A program made the translations under genes and the position numbers. Source: Moniliella sp. 'wahieum' (lineage: Eukaryota). From it: DNA of 64,000 nt. Each line of letters opens with the position of its first letter. Position 1 is the stretch's first letter. Positions 36,768 to 56,454 of the stretch are shown here, piece after piece. Under the pieces are notes generated by a model. That model saw only the letters and a list, made by a program, of their open reading frames with translations, did no database searches and was not told the DNA's origin. The DNA is taken from positions 62,001 to 126,000 of the forward strand of contig RSEE01000081.1 in NCBI GenBank assembly GCA_003971905.1, given 5' to 3'.

Positions 36768-39347
36768 TTAGTTTACGTTCCCCTCCGCGTGACACGCACA
36801 AAGATGCGAAACAGGCTGAGCTGTGAAGAAGGACAGAAAAAGGAGAGGTTGAATGGCGGGAGAGGGGAGAGAAGGAGTACCACAGGAAGTCAGTATGGGA
36901 GAGAGCAAGGCAGCGCCTTCCAGAGAAGGCACCCGTTCAACCAACGTTCAGTGTTCACGTACGGTCAAGGTGATCATGTAGGCGACCAAGCTGATGCAGG
37001 ACAAACCAATGAGAAAACATTGTAGGCGACGAATGTATCCTCGTCGGGGGTAGGCAAGTCGTGGTTGGGGGTAGTAAAGTAATTGTCCCATGCCAAAGCC
37101 ATTTCTGCCGACCACATACCTACAAAGATAATCTCGATACTCGTTCCGGCCAATTTCGACCGCACGCTCCACAGGCCAATTGGGCGTCCAAAGTACTCGA
37201 GCCAGACTTGGAAGAAAATATGGGCAAGCGTGAGTGGGGCAAAGATCAGCCCCAATAAGGGACTTACACCGACGATCGATTCTACTCCTTCGGTATGCAG
37301 CGTGCGCCGCTCACACACTGCCACGGCAAGTGTGCACGATGTGATGACCAAGTTGATACTTCGCACCAGTAAGGGCGCAAACGGATGGTGCAACAAAAAT
37401 CGTCGCCACCACGTCCACGACGCGTACCCACGTACTACGTGTGCATCGTAGTACCCCCCAACATCACTTTCGTCCCACTTCTTCGTTTTCTTTCGTTTTC
37501 TTCGTTTTCTTGGTGTTGTTGTTGTTGTTGGTGGTGTCTCTTCGTCTCCCACCGCCTCCGCCCCCTCGTCCACGCAAAAGAAAAAACACCGTACCCCCCA
37601 ACCGGACCTTCGCCCTCCTCCTCGTCCACCCCGGGACCATTCACACCGTACTGGTCCTCTCCTTCTCCCTCCTCCTCCATCCACGCACGCCACGGCACGT
37701 TCCACCGTTCTTCCCTCGCCATTCGGACCGTCACCACCTCCTTCTCCGAGCGCACCCACTCCTCCCACCCGTCCCATCCGTGTGATCCGTCCCATCCGTC
37801 CCATCCGTGCGATCCATGCGATCCATGCCACTCGCGCCACGCGACCGACGGCACGGTACGCACCGCCAACCCACTCATGCGTACCAAGTCGCCCGGGCTC
37901 AGCCTCGTGCCCACGCCCACGCCGCCAGGACCAGCGGCAAGGTCCACGTGCGAGGCACCTCTTGGCCCCGCCGGTGACCCCGACGCCAAGCCCAACCCCG
38001 AGCCTGGTGGTTCCGTCGGCGACGCGGTTTTGGTGCTGCCGCGACGCAAGAAGAGCGCAGAGGGTAGGCGGAGGTACGCCTGCTGCAGAGGGTGGATGTG
38101 CAGGTGCATGTGGTGCTGGAGCTGCGGGAGGTGAGAGGTGTACTGTGAACCAATGGGGAGAAGTGGCGCGTTCGGGTGCTGGGTCGGGTGCATGCGGCCT
38201 ATTACCCGCCCGCTAGCAGGAGGGAGGGAAGTGGAAGCATAAGACGCAGAGGACGCATAGGACGCATGGGACGCATGGGGAGCAGGGGAAACAGGTACCC
38301 CAAGGGGCGCGGGGGAAGGTTGCGTGTAAACTGCGGTGCGCCAAATGTCTGAGCTGCCTCGATAGCCACGTTGGCAGGTAAAAAGCTTTGTGATGGATCA
38401 TCGTCGGTCGTAGTACCGCCTTGTCCTCTCCCCTTGATGGTCCATTTACGTATTCTTACCTTTGCCTTTGCCTTTACCTTGCGCCGCTGGTGCCGCTTGG
38501 ACCAGTAGGAGCCGCTCTGCACGAGCCTCTGGCGCATCGCTTGCCCCAACCTAAGGTGCTCCGATGGCGATAGCATCCGCGTAGCGTCTGGCCACTCGTC
38601 GGTTTCTGGTCCCTCACCACGAATTTGACGGTCCGGGTCCAACGACTGGGTGGGGCGCAAACTCTCCCCGGGCGCGTATTGCCTCCCCCCCTTCCTCCTC
38701 CTCCTCCTCCTCCTCCTCCTCCTCCTCCTCCTCCTCCTCCTCCTCCTCCTCCTCCTCCTCCTCCTCCTCCGCCTCCGCCTCCGCCCCCTCTAGACCGGGA
38801 CCTGGGGCGGGGCGCATCCCATTCCTCGTCCGAACAATACACCTCGTCGTCCGACACATCTTCAAACCCAGACCCGTACTCGTACTCGTACTCACTCAGC
38901 GCACTGGACGCTCGCACTGGGTCGAGGTGGTGTTGGCTAACCACGTCCCGTAGACGCGATAGACGTACGCGCACAGCTTTGGGATTCTTTGTGGTCACAG
39001 CGCTGGAGGCAAGGCAGGCCGGGGATGCGGCAGGATCGCGTTGCGCATCGGGCGAAATGGTGGCGGTCGGGGATAGGCAGAGCGTGGTGGGGGCCGAGTT
39101 GGTCCGCGTTCCAGGTCCAGGTCGGAGCAGAGGTCGAGGGACGGGACGGGGGTCGGGCCGAGTACTAGGTGGTACAGGCGAAGCAGGCGAGACGAGCAAG
39201 GTAGGTGGTTGAGTTTTGGCATGCGGATGGGTTTTAGCAGACGATTGGGTTTTGGTAGTTTTGGTAGTTTTGGTAGGCAAACATCGTCTTCGACCGAGCT
39301 GGCTAGTACCCAGGGAGGTACAACATTTACCTGCACACCGGGGGCAT
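36768..39347 (-). CDS. SRF1: Srf1-like regulator of phospholipase D (multi-TM C-terminus), fragmented
   Basis: 'VPPWV' near the N-terminus. 'RFLLHHPFAPLLVRSINL...VWLEYFGRPIGLWSVRSKL...WSAEMALAWDNYFT' and terminal exon 'LSLFRIFVRV'. Confidence 0.8.
38691..38785 (-). repeat. (CCT)n trinucleotide tract of ~26 units (poly-Glu or poly-Gly in the Srf1 N-terminus)
   Basis: Directly visible. Confidence 0.95.
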
Positions 39348-40822
39348 GCCTGGGGAGAAACGGGGACGGGAACGGCAAGGGCCCAATGTGTGGCTATATA
39401 CGGAGGGGGAAAGGTGGGATTCACCTTGCTTTTTCCATGCAGCTTCGAGCTTCAAAACTTAACCTTCAAGCTTCAAGCTTCAAGCTTCAACTGAAGGGCT
39501 CAGCTCGAACGCGGGGAAACGTACGAAGTGCGCAGCGTCAGGGCCTCTAGTCCTCAAGCTTCAAGCTTCAAGATCGATCAGTATACAGAGTTGGACTGCA
39601 CGACAATGTCAACTTCAACTTCAACTCCGTGTGCGGAACGGGTGGGGCAAGACGTTGCATGTTACATGTTGCTGGCTGAGCATTCGCTGAATGCTGAATG
39701 GTATCGTTCATTCAGTGGTTCGTGCAGTACTCAGTCTCATCGATCTCAGTACTCATCAGTCGCTGTGACATGTGACATGTGACCACATTCATCATTTTGT
39801 GCATTACTGTGATTAATGATTGGAGAGATCAGACAGATCTCAGAGAAGAGATCGCGATCGGGGGGGGGGATAGTCGATAGACACTCGGTACTGGGCAGGC
39901 ACAATGCGCAACCTGACATTAAGAGGAACTACTACGTACTACGCGAGGCTTCTTTCCTTCGCGCTTGGCGCTTGGCGTTTACGCGTTTTACGCACCAGTA
40001 TAGGATGGTGTGTGTATTCTGATGCTTTCAGGGGCCTCACCGATCATCGATCTTCTTAGGATCTTAGGCCTCTCTGAGGCCTGAGCCCCAGGCCTCACGC
40101 CCTTGGCTTGCCGCAGCCTCAGCGCCTCAGCGCAGCGCAGCATCACAAAGCTTGTCCGTGTTGCCGCGATGCTCCGCAGGCGGTGGAATATGGAATGGTA
40201 GTATCTCCAGGTGTTGGTTCTGCGCATTCGCATATTCACAATCATTAATCACGCGTCACACTCATCTGAATTTCTTGGCAATGTCGCACTGGTCGTGTTC
40301 GTTGAACGTTCAACGTTGAACGTTGAACACTGAATGTGGTGAGCGTTTGAATGGAGTCGATATATACGGCTCTGGTTTTCCCCACAGCACCGTCACCTGG
40401 AACGGGGAACCAAAGTGCTGTTATGCTTAGTGTGCTTATGCCGTGTGGTTGGGGGGCAGAAGACAGCAGCTGTGGTTCAAGGTCCAAGCTTCAGTGGTGA
40501 ACGTTGGACGTTGGACGTTGGACCCAGACGGAGGTGAACTATGACATGATGACAGGAGCCAACAGAAGGGGTCTCTCTCTCGCCTCTACACCCGCTCGGT
40601 TCAACGTTCAACGTTCAACCAGGATCCAAAGCAGGACCTAACGTACGAGCCACCGATTGATCTGTCCAAGGATTTATACCCCTAACTGGGGGGTTCCACC
40701 TCGGGACCCCCCTCCCATGACACCTATAGTATACCTCACTCACAAGTTTGCAAATGCACAGTTGCGTTATAGATTCAACAACTGTCCCGCAAGCTGATAT
40801 CCTAGAACTTGTGTTTGCTTGG

Positions 40823-41882
40823 TCAGCTATGCCTGCGGCTCCGCCTCCTCCTCATCCGCTGGTTTCTCCTCATTGGGCGAGCTGGCTGGGTCTCTCCCTT
40901 TTTCTCCGCCAAGACGTGGCGCACCACCCGCTCGACCAGACGTTCCATTGCCGTTGTCGTCTCTTCTCCATCTTGAGGAGCGTTCCCACTGGTTGCCAAG
41001 GCACCCTGAACAGAGCGTACCACAAACTTGCCCGCCATGTCAAACTCCACGTTGACCAACTTGCCAAGGGCAAACGCGGCCATATCAATGACCGACTGCG
41101 AATGCGCAATGAGCATCACAGTAAACTCCACCGTGTCCGCTTTGACGGGAGAGAGAGGGAAAGTCACTTGATTCGCCTCGTACTCTTCCGGCGAAAGCTG
41201 TGCTTGCTCTGCGGTCAACGCCCCTCCTCCAGGAGGAGACACATGGATCAAAGTGAGACTGACGCCGTTGACGCTAATGTACCCTTTGGGGATCAGGTAC
41301 GGAGCCAAGGTGGCTGGTCGAGGAAGCTCTGGGTCGGTAGCAAGCCGGACCGTGAGCGTGACTGCATTGCCCGTCTGACTGTGCCCAACAATTTGGCCCA
41401 CCGTATCAACGTGGCCTTGAACCACGTGCCCCCCAAACCGTGCGTGGCCCGCCATGGCACGTTCACAGTTGACCCTCTGTCCCGCCTTGAGGTCTTTCAA
41501 GTTGGTCCGACGTAGTGTCTCGGGCGCCAGTCCCACCTTGAACCATCCCCATCCTCCGTTTTGGAGAACTCAGTGACAGTCAGACAGGTACCTATCGGTA
41601 CGCCATAACAAGGCAAGCGAAGGACAGAGTTAGAACAGAGTCAGAACAGAGTCAGAATAGGTCAGAATAGGTCAGAACAGGTCGAACTTGCTTGTAACCC
41701 TTTCGAATCCGAAGAAAAGAACGTACCATCCACCGCAATGCTGTCCCCCAAATGGCAATCGTCCAAAATGGAAGCTGCTTGCCGCCAACGGTCAGGGAAA
41801 GCCGTTGCCACCCGCCTTGTGTGGCGTCTACTTCTTCGACGGCGCGAACGGGAGTGGAGATCTCAACGAGTCCGGTGAACAT
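40823..41882 (-). CDS. RIB5: Riboflavin synthase; intron 41592-41726
   Basis: 'MFTGLVE', spliced 'DGTCLTVTE', 'GLAPETLRRTNL...VNCERAM...RFGGHVVQGHVD', 'KGYISVNGVSLT', 'VNVEFD'. Confidence 0.97.
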
Positions 41883-42986
41883 GGAGGGCGTAGTAGAAGG
41901 TGGGGAGAAAGGGGTGGGTTGGGTGTGGTGGTGCGGAGGGTACAAAGGGCAATGGGAAGAACGTGTTGGTACGACGCTAAACTCTGAACGTTGAACGTTG
42001 AACCCTCGCGTTGCTGTGGAGCCAACAATCCCTATCCCATCTCAGCCAAGAAGAGTCGTTAAATACACCAGGCGTTGTGGGGTGGTCCACTCTCTCAAAC
42101 ATCACACCGGTGGCGCCCATCCACTTCACTGAGATGTTAAGCTCCTGGCGATACCGTCAAGAAGCCCCTGGGATATGGGCTTAGTTGGGAATGCAATAAG
42201 GGGACATTGCTGTGGGTAGGGGCATGGGGCGGATGCTGAGAGTCCCCTGGTTACTAGTTATTTTATAGCGCAAGTAAGGGGGAAGGGGCGACACCCCATT
42301 AGTACCACGGCGTACTTACGAAGTCCACTGATCCCATCATCTACATCTAAAAGCAACTGAAGCGACCTACCAAGTCAAGCCACACCATCAACAATTTGGT
42401 ATGCTCACCGGTCACCCCGTTCCACCCGAAGTGAGGAGCCGATAGAGAACTCGAGCTGTCCCATTCGGCTGTTTCTGCCCCTTCCTTGAGCTCCTTACGA
42501 GAATGAACTCGGAGGAGATGGATGTTTTCATCAACGAAAGTCATCCGAAAGCCCCCCGCTGCACACGACCTATTTTGCTCCCGTTCCACCTACCGTGCTG
42601 ATCCGCCGTGGGATCAGAGACACCCACCCACTTTGACTTGCGCGCAGGAGACAACAAGGCACAGGCTGAGGCAGGAGTGTACGACACCAGACGGATAGGG
42701 GGCACGTTGGGTGATGGTTCGCAGTGGCTGGGAGCCGTTGCTGGCTTGCCGGATGGTGCGAGTCAATCACAACCGTTTGAAATACCCTGGCGGGCCTCGC
42801 TGACGTAACACCATGGATTACATCTCACGATCTCACCCCTGGTCCTACTGCCTCGTGAAAGACCTATAGCAAGGGCGCTTCCTGGCTTCTCGAACTTATG
42901 GCTGCACGCTGGTACCTATCATCGCCCCAAGGAAAATGTACGAAGGCATAGAATGCATACGTGGTCAAGCACAGAGCTCGAATTTT

Positions 42987-43970
<984 letters not shown>

Positions 43971-44911
43971 ATGGGTGCTACTCGTGGCCAGAAGGAAGCT
44001 TGGTTTGCCAAGCTCAACGAGCTGCTCGAGGCTTACAACTCGATCTTCTTCGTCAATGTCGACAATGTCGGCTCGCAGCAGATGCACCAGATTCGTGCTG
44101 CTCTCCGTGGCAAGGCTGTTGTCCTGATGGGCAAGAACACCATGGCCCGCCGTGCCATTCGCCAGATCGTTGGCGAGAAGCCGCAGTACGAGAAGATCCT
44201 GCCTGCTGTCCGTGGCAACATTGGCTTTGTCTTCACCAACGACGACCTGAAGGAGGTTCGTGACTTGATCCTCGAGAACCGTGTCGCTGCCCCCGCTCGT
44301 GCTGGTGCCTTTGCGCCCGCCGATGTGGTTGTCAAGGCTGGCAACACCGGTATGGAGCCCGGCAAGACCTCGTTCTTCCAGGCCCTCAACATCCCCACCA
44401 AGATTGCCCGTGGTACCATTGAGATTGTCTCGGACGTCCGTGTGGTGGAGGGTGGCACTCGTGTCGGCACTTCGGAGGCGACGCTGCTCAACATGCTCAA
44501 CATCTCCCCCTTCACCTACGGTATGAGCGTCACCTCGATCTACGACAACGGCAACGTGTTTGACAACTCGGTGCTGGACGTCAAGGAGGAGGACCCTTGT
44601 TGCCTCCTTCCTGGCTGGTGTCCGCCAGATTGCTTCGATCTCGCTCGCGATCAACTACCCCACCATTGTGTCGGTACCCACTCGCTCGTCAACACCTACA
44701 AGGACCTCATCGCCATTGCCCTGGCGACCGAGATTGACTTTGAGGGTGCTGCTCAGGCCAAGGAGTACCTCGCCAACCCCGAGGCGTTCGCCGTCGCTGC
44801 TGCTCCCGCTGCTGCTGCGGCGGCGCGGCCGAGGCTGCCCCCGCCGAGGAGAAGAAGGAGGAGGAGGAGGAGGAGTCTGACGACGACATGGGCTTTGGTC
44901 TGTTCGACTAA
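43971..44911 (+). CDS. RPP0: 60S acidic ribosomal protein P0 (uL10); indels after ~44595
   Basis: '[27 protein letters not shown]', '[14 protein letters not shown]', terminal '[13 protein letters not shown]'. Confidence 0.99.
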
Positions 44912-45300
44912 ACCTTTCTTCGTTTCTTCTTCCCCAACCCTGCTCCAACTCGGTACGCTGCTGCACTCGTCCCCGTACAGTGTTGCAATGCTGTCAAAAT
45001 GCATCCTGGAGCCGCTTAGGCTACCGGTTCGCACGTTACCTTGCGTTCGATGTTTGCTTGCCATAGCCCGTTGTTTCATATCATAGCCTTTCGTTTCCCA
45101 CCGCGTTTGGTGTGACTTTTCTATGTGTACGCTCGGCACGGAATGTGCAAGATGGAGAGAGGACGTGGTAATAGTTCCGTGAGGGCAGACATTAAGAAGG
45201 GGAAGTATGGACAGATGAAATACAGCCAGGTGATGGGGCAGGAGGGCGGTCGCAAGCGCAAGCGCAACGATAATAGGAGTGACAGTGTCCCTCCTTTCGC

Positions 45301-47734
45301 CTAGACGGCGAGGCACAGCCGAACGAGGTACCAGTCGCGCCGCCTTGCTGGAACGTATCGTTGATCGCTTCCCCCGAGCCGTACATGCCCAACCTGACAT
45401 GGCGTACGAAGCCATGGCCAACGTCAGCAGCGCCGCCTTGGGCAAGACGGAAGGTAAGGTCATACCAGCAAACTTGCACTGGCCCCCGAAAAATGCGCGG
45501 TGCCAGCGGACCAGTTGCGCCAACTGTCCACCCGCTGCGCGCCACTGTACGGCGTGTACTCGCCATCGCCACTCATGGCGTCGTAGTGCATCCACCACGC
45601 CAGGGCAAACGTAAAGGGGAACGAGTAGCTGAAGTTGACAATGGCAATCGCACTGATCAGTCCAGCCACAGTCTGATCTGAGGAATGGCCGAAGCAATCA
45701 CGTAGCTCAAGATCCAGTAAAACGACGACCACGGGATCCAGAGCCACCAGCCTGGCACCAAAAGAATACGCACAAGGGTATGGGGAGTCAGCATGAGAAG
45801 CACGTTGGTCAGTGAGGCAAGGAAATGATGACGTACCAACTCGAGTGGTTAGCTTGGGTCCACGGAAAGTTCCTCGACCAAACCAATGTAAGACGTTTTG
45901 ATGCCAACTGCAGCATAGATGGCAGTAGCAGCGACCGAGGTGAGAATGTTGAGGACATTGCACAGGTCACGAGCTCGGCCGGCGGCCATACCCTGGAAGG
46001 AGAGTGCCAAGGTCCATTGACCCGAGTAGCAGTAAAAGTAGATCGAGTAGAATAGGTACACCACCAAAATCAAAACCTGGGCCATAAAGCAGCCCTTGTA
46101 AAAGTCTCGCGGCCGGCGCATTTCTGCCATCATCTCAATGAAGACCATGGCGCCAGCATACTGACACACAAACAAGTAGATGGGTTAGTGGGTTTGCGGG
46201 GCCTGAGAGAGAGGAAGAAAGCAAAGAGAGAGAAACGCAAAGAGAAGAGAGAAGAGAAATAAAGAGAAGGGTAGGATGGGAAGGGGGAGGGGCACTTGTG
46301 CTTCATCGGGGGGGGTTCAGCGTTTAGTACTCACAGCAAAGACCATATTGTTGATACCATTAATCTTGCTTGGCAGGGAGCCATGAACAAAGGCCGAGAC
46401 AACGATCGGTTTGGGCGCCGAGTCGAGAGAGACCGTTGTTCATCACAGCAACCCAGTCGATCCCCTCGTTGCGAATCACACCCATCGTAACAAACACAAT
46501 GGTCAGGTTAACGACAACAGCAACGTTGGACACCATGGCCATGCCCGCAGCGTTCGGATCTCTGCAATCAAGGTGCCAAGGTCAGTACAACGTCCAAGGC
46601 AAATGGGTGGCAGGCAAGACGAACGGTTGACTACGATACCGAGCAAGGCCCACACCAGGACGCTCACAGTAAAGCATAGTGTGTGACCAGGCACGTTGGT
46701 GATGAGCTGGGCAAATGAAAATGAGAATAAGCGACAAATTAGTACTCCCATTCCCCCTTTGGTCCAAAACGAAAAAGAGGAGCCTACCTGTTCAAGGCCC
46801 ATGCCCGAGCCAAGAATGATGGTGGCTACCATGAACACAAGTTGGATAGCTTGAAGAATGCTGACCAGGTGGCGGAACCAAGGACCGATCAGGCGTTCGC
46901 CCAAGTCCGAATACGACCGGATGGGGAAACGGGAAGAGTCGAGTGCACAGAAGCAGACTTGCAGCAGCCAGCCACACAGTGCTGCCAATACGCCCATCTG
47001 CCAAACAAAGTACAGTTTGATGTCAGTATTAGTCCCCCTTTGAGTACATTGACGATGCTCTGGAGGCTGTTGAGAGGAAGCGTAGTAGTAGTAGTGGCCA
47101 GATAGGGCTGCTACCAGCCCAGACGTATACCCATGTGCACAGCAGACTTACCACCACATAGAGAATTGTTCCTGGAACAAGGCCGACCTGGGATTGGGCG
47201 TAGGGGGAGGAGATGGGACCAAAAATATCAGTGACAATCAGGGCGAAAACACTACTAACGCCAGTGAGCCGAAGAGCGCGGTGAAGGTCAAGCTCTTGAA
47301 CAACCTCAGGCTCCAAACCCTCGTACTGGGGCGAGGAAGCAGTGAGGTCGGTAGTGAGTGTGACATCAGGTTTGCCCACCTCTTTCTCGGTAGGGGGTTC
47401 ATCCAGCGCGGCTGACGCACGCGCGGGCTTGGCTTGCTTTTTGGTAAAGGAGCGAATGAGGTCGCCTGCCGGGTTGGTACCACGAATGCCTTGGCGGTAC
47501 TCCTCCTCCTCCTCCTCGCGCTGAACACGCGCCCAGTAATGGTACTCCTCAATTGATGCGCCATGAAAGCCATGGTACTCGAGACCACGGGCAATGCGGT
47601 CGTGCGAAGGCGCCGGTTAAACGCAGGAACCACAGCTTCGTCCGATCCCACTGCTTTTTCGTCGAGCGCGTGCGTGTATTCGCCAAGCTGTGGCCCGGAT
47701 CTTGCAACGAGAGGCCCGCCAGGGTGGCCGACAT
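45301..47734 (-). CDS. Amino-acid/auxin permease family (Aa_trans, Mtr-like) transporter, multi-exon
   Basis: 'RALR..G..SVFALIVTDIFGP.SSPYA.SQVGLVPG', 'LDSSRFPIRSYSDLGER', 'YAGAMVFIEMMAEMRRPRDFYKG', terminal 'SFGCASP'. Confidence 0.9.
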
Positions 47735-50016
47735 GGTGATGAGAGTGGAGGGGGTGGTGGTGTGAGGGAAGCAAGTGGCGTAGCAGGCGAAGAGCGAAAG
47801 AGAATAACGGCCCGCACAGAGTGGTAAGAGAGAAGCAGGAAGAAGAAACAGCTGCTGGCAAGGGGGGTGGGAAGGGCGGACTGGGTAAGTTTGCAACGCT
47901 GTGGATCGGCTTAAAACAGCGGAAGGGGCCAGAGTTTTATACGCGTGAATATTGAATAATCCTGTGATCATCGGTGCCTGACGACATCCATGTGCTCTCT
48001 GCTGCCTGGGGGCCCTATCTCTTTGGGCAGAGGAGGTGGAAAGGTGTTCAAAGCGCTAACCTCATAGCCCGGCGCCTGTGGCATACGCCGAAGGCGATGG
48101 CCGCACTATCCAGCCCGCTCTCCACCCCACACGTATGCAGCGTGTGACATGTGCATGTGAGGCGTGAGGCTCAGGCCGGCAGGGCCCGATCATTGATTCA
48201 CCACGATAAGATAAAGAGAGTGTGGATCAAACCCCTCACGCGCCCTGCGCCTGGCGCCCTTTCGTTGGATCAAAAGCGGGTATGAACAGGAGCAAACACC
48301 GACGGACTATTCGTCGTATTGGATGGACTACCAAGAGAGCTATCGACTCAATGTGATGACTGGGACGTTTTCACCAGCGTTCCTGGACCGTTTCCAGTTC
48401 ACACGGTCCAATAACACATCCCATATCCCACCCCATCCCATCCAACGCCCCCAGGGGAAACGGCACCGCCGCCACAATTCTTTCACATGGAGGAGAGAGC
48501 GTTTACCTATATCCGCAGACTAGACGGATCATCGATCATACCTCCCTCTGAAGTCCTGTCGTCTATTGCTTGAGCTTCCGGTTCCCTTTGGACGCTGAGC
48601 CTCCGCCTCACGCTAAGCAGATGCTGGGCCATCGGTTGATGCGGACGTTGGGCGTTGAACGTGTTGAACCCGAACAGAGCCGTAGATAAAGCCCGGGCGC
48701 GGCTAGGGCGCACTCAGACAGATCTCACTGCCCGTTCTTTCTTTTCGGTCCAAGGGTGGGGGGGTGTGGGGCCCAAAAGGGTACGGAGGCAATAATGGAT
48801 GATGGAGGGCAATCCTTACTCGTCAACCATCAACGTCAACCATCGAGGGGAAGAGGACGACGAGCGGGAGGAAGGCAGGGTGCAGGTGTTGCCGAATGTC
48901 GGCCGACCGCCATTGAATGATGGCCACGTCGGGGCAACAGAGAAAGCAGCGGCTGAAATAGATATGGCCTGTCAATTACTGTCAATATCACTTGTCACGC
49001 ATCCCACAGCCCCGGGCACAAGGCAGGCGAGCGCGGGGTGCTGATGCGTGATGCGGTTGCCCCGGCCCGGGGCTTGGAGGGCGGCGCCGTCGGTCGAGTG
49101 CGCGGCGCCGCTGCGCTTCCGCCTGCAGCGGTGCAGCGTGCAGGGTGCAGGTGCTGGCGCCCCACCAGCCACTGCGGGTGCAGTCTCCAGCACATCACCC
49201 GTCCCATCATGCATCATGTATCCATCATGCATCAGTGACCCCCCCTCCCGCACTACGCCACAGCACGCCACATCCAGCCCGGCTATCTGAAATCTCGTGC
49301 ATCCACACAGCCGCTGTGCCGGCAGCGGAGAAGCCGCGTTAAACTTTTATCGCCCTCTGTCTGCGGCGCGTCGTCGGCGCCGCTGCTCCGCCTCAGCCGC
49401 TTCCTTCCCGCTTCGGCGCAGTAGCAGCCTCAGGCAGGGGATGAGGGGGGGGGGTTACATTTTACACGTTACGCTTATACGGTACGTTTCCTCCGCGTCG
49501 TGGGACCCAGGAACCCTTTGCCCACCCTCACCACCTCTATCTGTCTACGTCCGCCCTGCCCCTCCCCTCCCGTCGCTCCCGGGAGCACACACGAGCGTAG
49601 ATGGATGCGATCCAGCAGCATGCTTAGCGTTCGTCGTCGGAAACACAATGGACCCCGTGGGGGGATAGGAATAGGCAACTCTGGTCGGGGGAAGAACAGT
49701 GAGAAAGTGAGAAAGAAAGCGAGAAAGCGAGGGAGCAAGAGAGGGAAAAAGCGAAAGCAAGAGAACATGAGAACAAGAGAACAAGAAAGGGGTAGCACGA
49801 GCGTCTGGGGGCCAACACGGCTACCGAACCAAACATACCAGCGGCGGGGGGGAGAACGAGGGGATCAATGCTGGTTCAACGTCAACGTCAACGTTCAACG
49901 TTCAACGTTCACAAACCGCTCCTGGCCTCGGATGGGAACGAGGCCAGAGCCAATGCAAGTGGGGGGAAGAAGCAGAGGATTAAATGGAGGCTACGCGAGC
50001 CCTGTCCGGCCAGCCG

Positions 50017-55388
<5,372 letters not shown>

Positions 55389-56454
55389 TCCCCAAGTCCA
55401 GTTGCTCTTTGTACTCCTGGGATCGTGTGCGTCACAAGGAGCGTCGACAGCAGAAGGACGCCGCGGGCAGAGGAAGCGGATGGCAAGTGAGACCGAGCCT
55501 TGGGACGCGAGAAGCGACGGCGGATTATGGGGGCAGGCGGATCCGAGTCGTCGTCCTTCTCGCCCTCGTTGGGGGATCGTACGCGGGATCGAGGGCGGTG
55601 CGGGCAAGGAGCGGGTCAGGGCGGGGAGGGCTGCGGCGCAGAGGGCCCTCGTCGCGCAGGCCGAGCGCGGGGGGCAGGGGCGGGTCGGTGGTGGGATGGG
55701 AGGCGGAGGAGCTGAGTGCATAGGAGAGGGAGTGGGAGCGGAGCAGCGGAGGCAAGCTGGTGCGCTTGGATGCCAGGCGTGGGGGGGGGATGCGGGGCAG
55801 AGGCGCGGGGGGTGGCGCGGGGAGGGCGAGGGCGAGGCGAGGGCGAGGCAAGGCGGCGGGAGCACGGAGAGGAGGAGGAGGAGGGGGAGGAGGCCATGGC
55901 CGTGCACAGCCCACGCGAGGGCGGGGGGGGGGTGGCGGTGTGGGGGCGCGGAGAGAGAAGAAGAACAGCGTCTCTGCTGCGCTGCTCCGCTGGGCCGGAA
56001 CAAGACCAACACCAGCACGTGCCTCCGCCCAACAACCCAGCATCCCACGTGGAGCCCCGAGTACATTGAACATTGCAGATCCAGCGCTGCAACATTGCAC
56101 TCACCATCACTCTGTTACACCATGCTCCCCATCGCCATCAACATCATCAACATCATCAACATCCTTATCAACATCGTCCACATCAGTCATCCGTCATCAT
56201 CACACACCGCCCACGCCACCCCCCCCCCACCCTCTCCTTGCCTCACACAGCTTCTCACGCGGCAACATGCAAGTTCGAATTATGAAAAGCGGGCTGCCCA
56301 CCGCGCCTCCCCCCACCGTGGCACGGCAGAGGCAGCCAGCGGACAACACAAGAGCAAGATGATCAAAAAGGAACACGTCGCAGCAAAGCCAACGTCCTCC
56401 ATCCATAGAAGGCGGCAATCCATCCATCGCCCCCCCCCCCCACTGACGACCAAC

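Noticed and set aside
42030..42330. Possible FMN riboswitch or RNase MRP/P RNA upstream of RIB5 (CATCTCAG/CTGAGATG inverted repeat; GTCCCC and GGGGCTT words)
   Set aside because: Core FMN aptamer hairpins are missing, and the P4-like words are too close together or in the wrong order.
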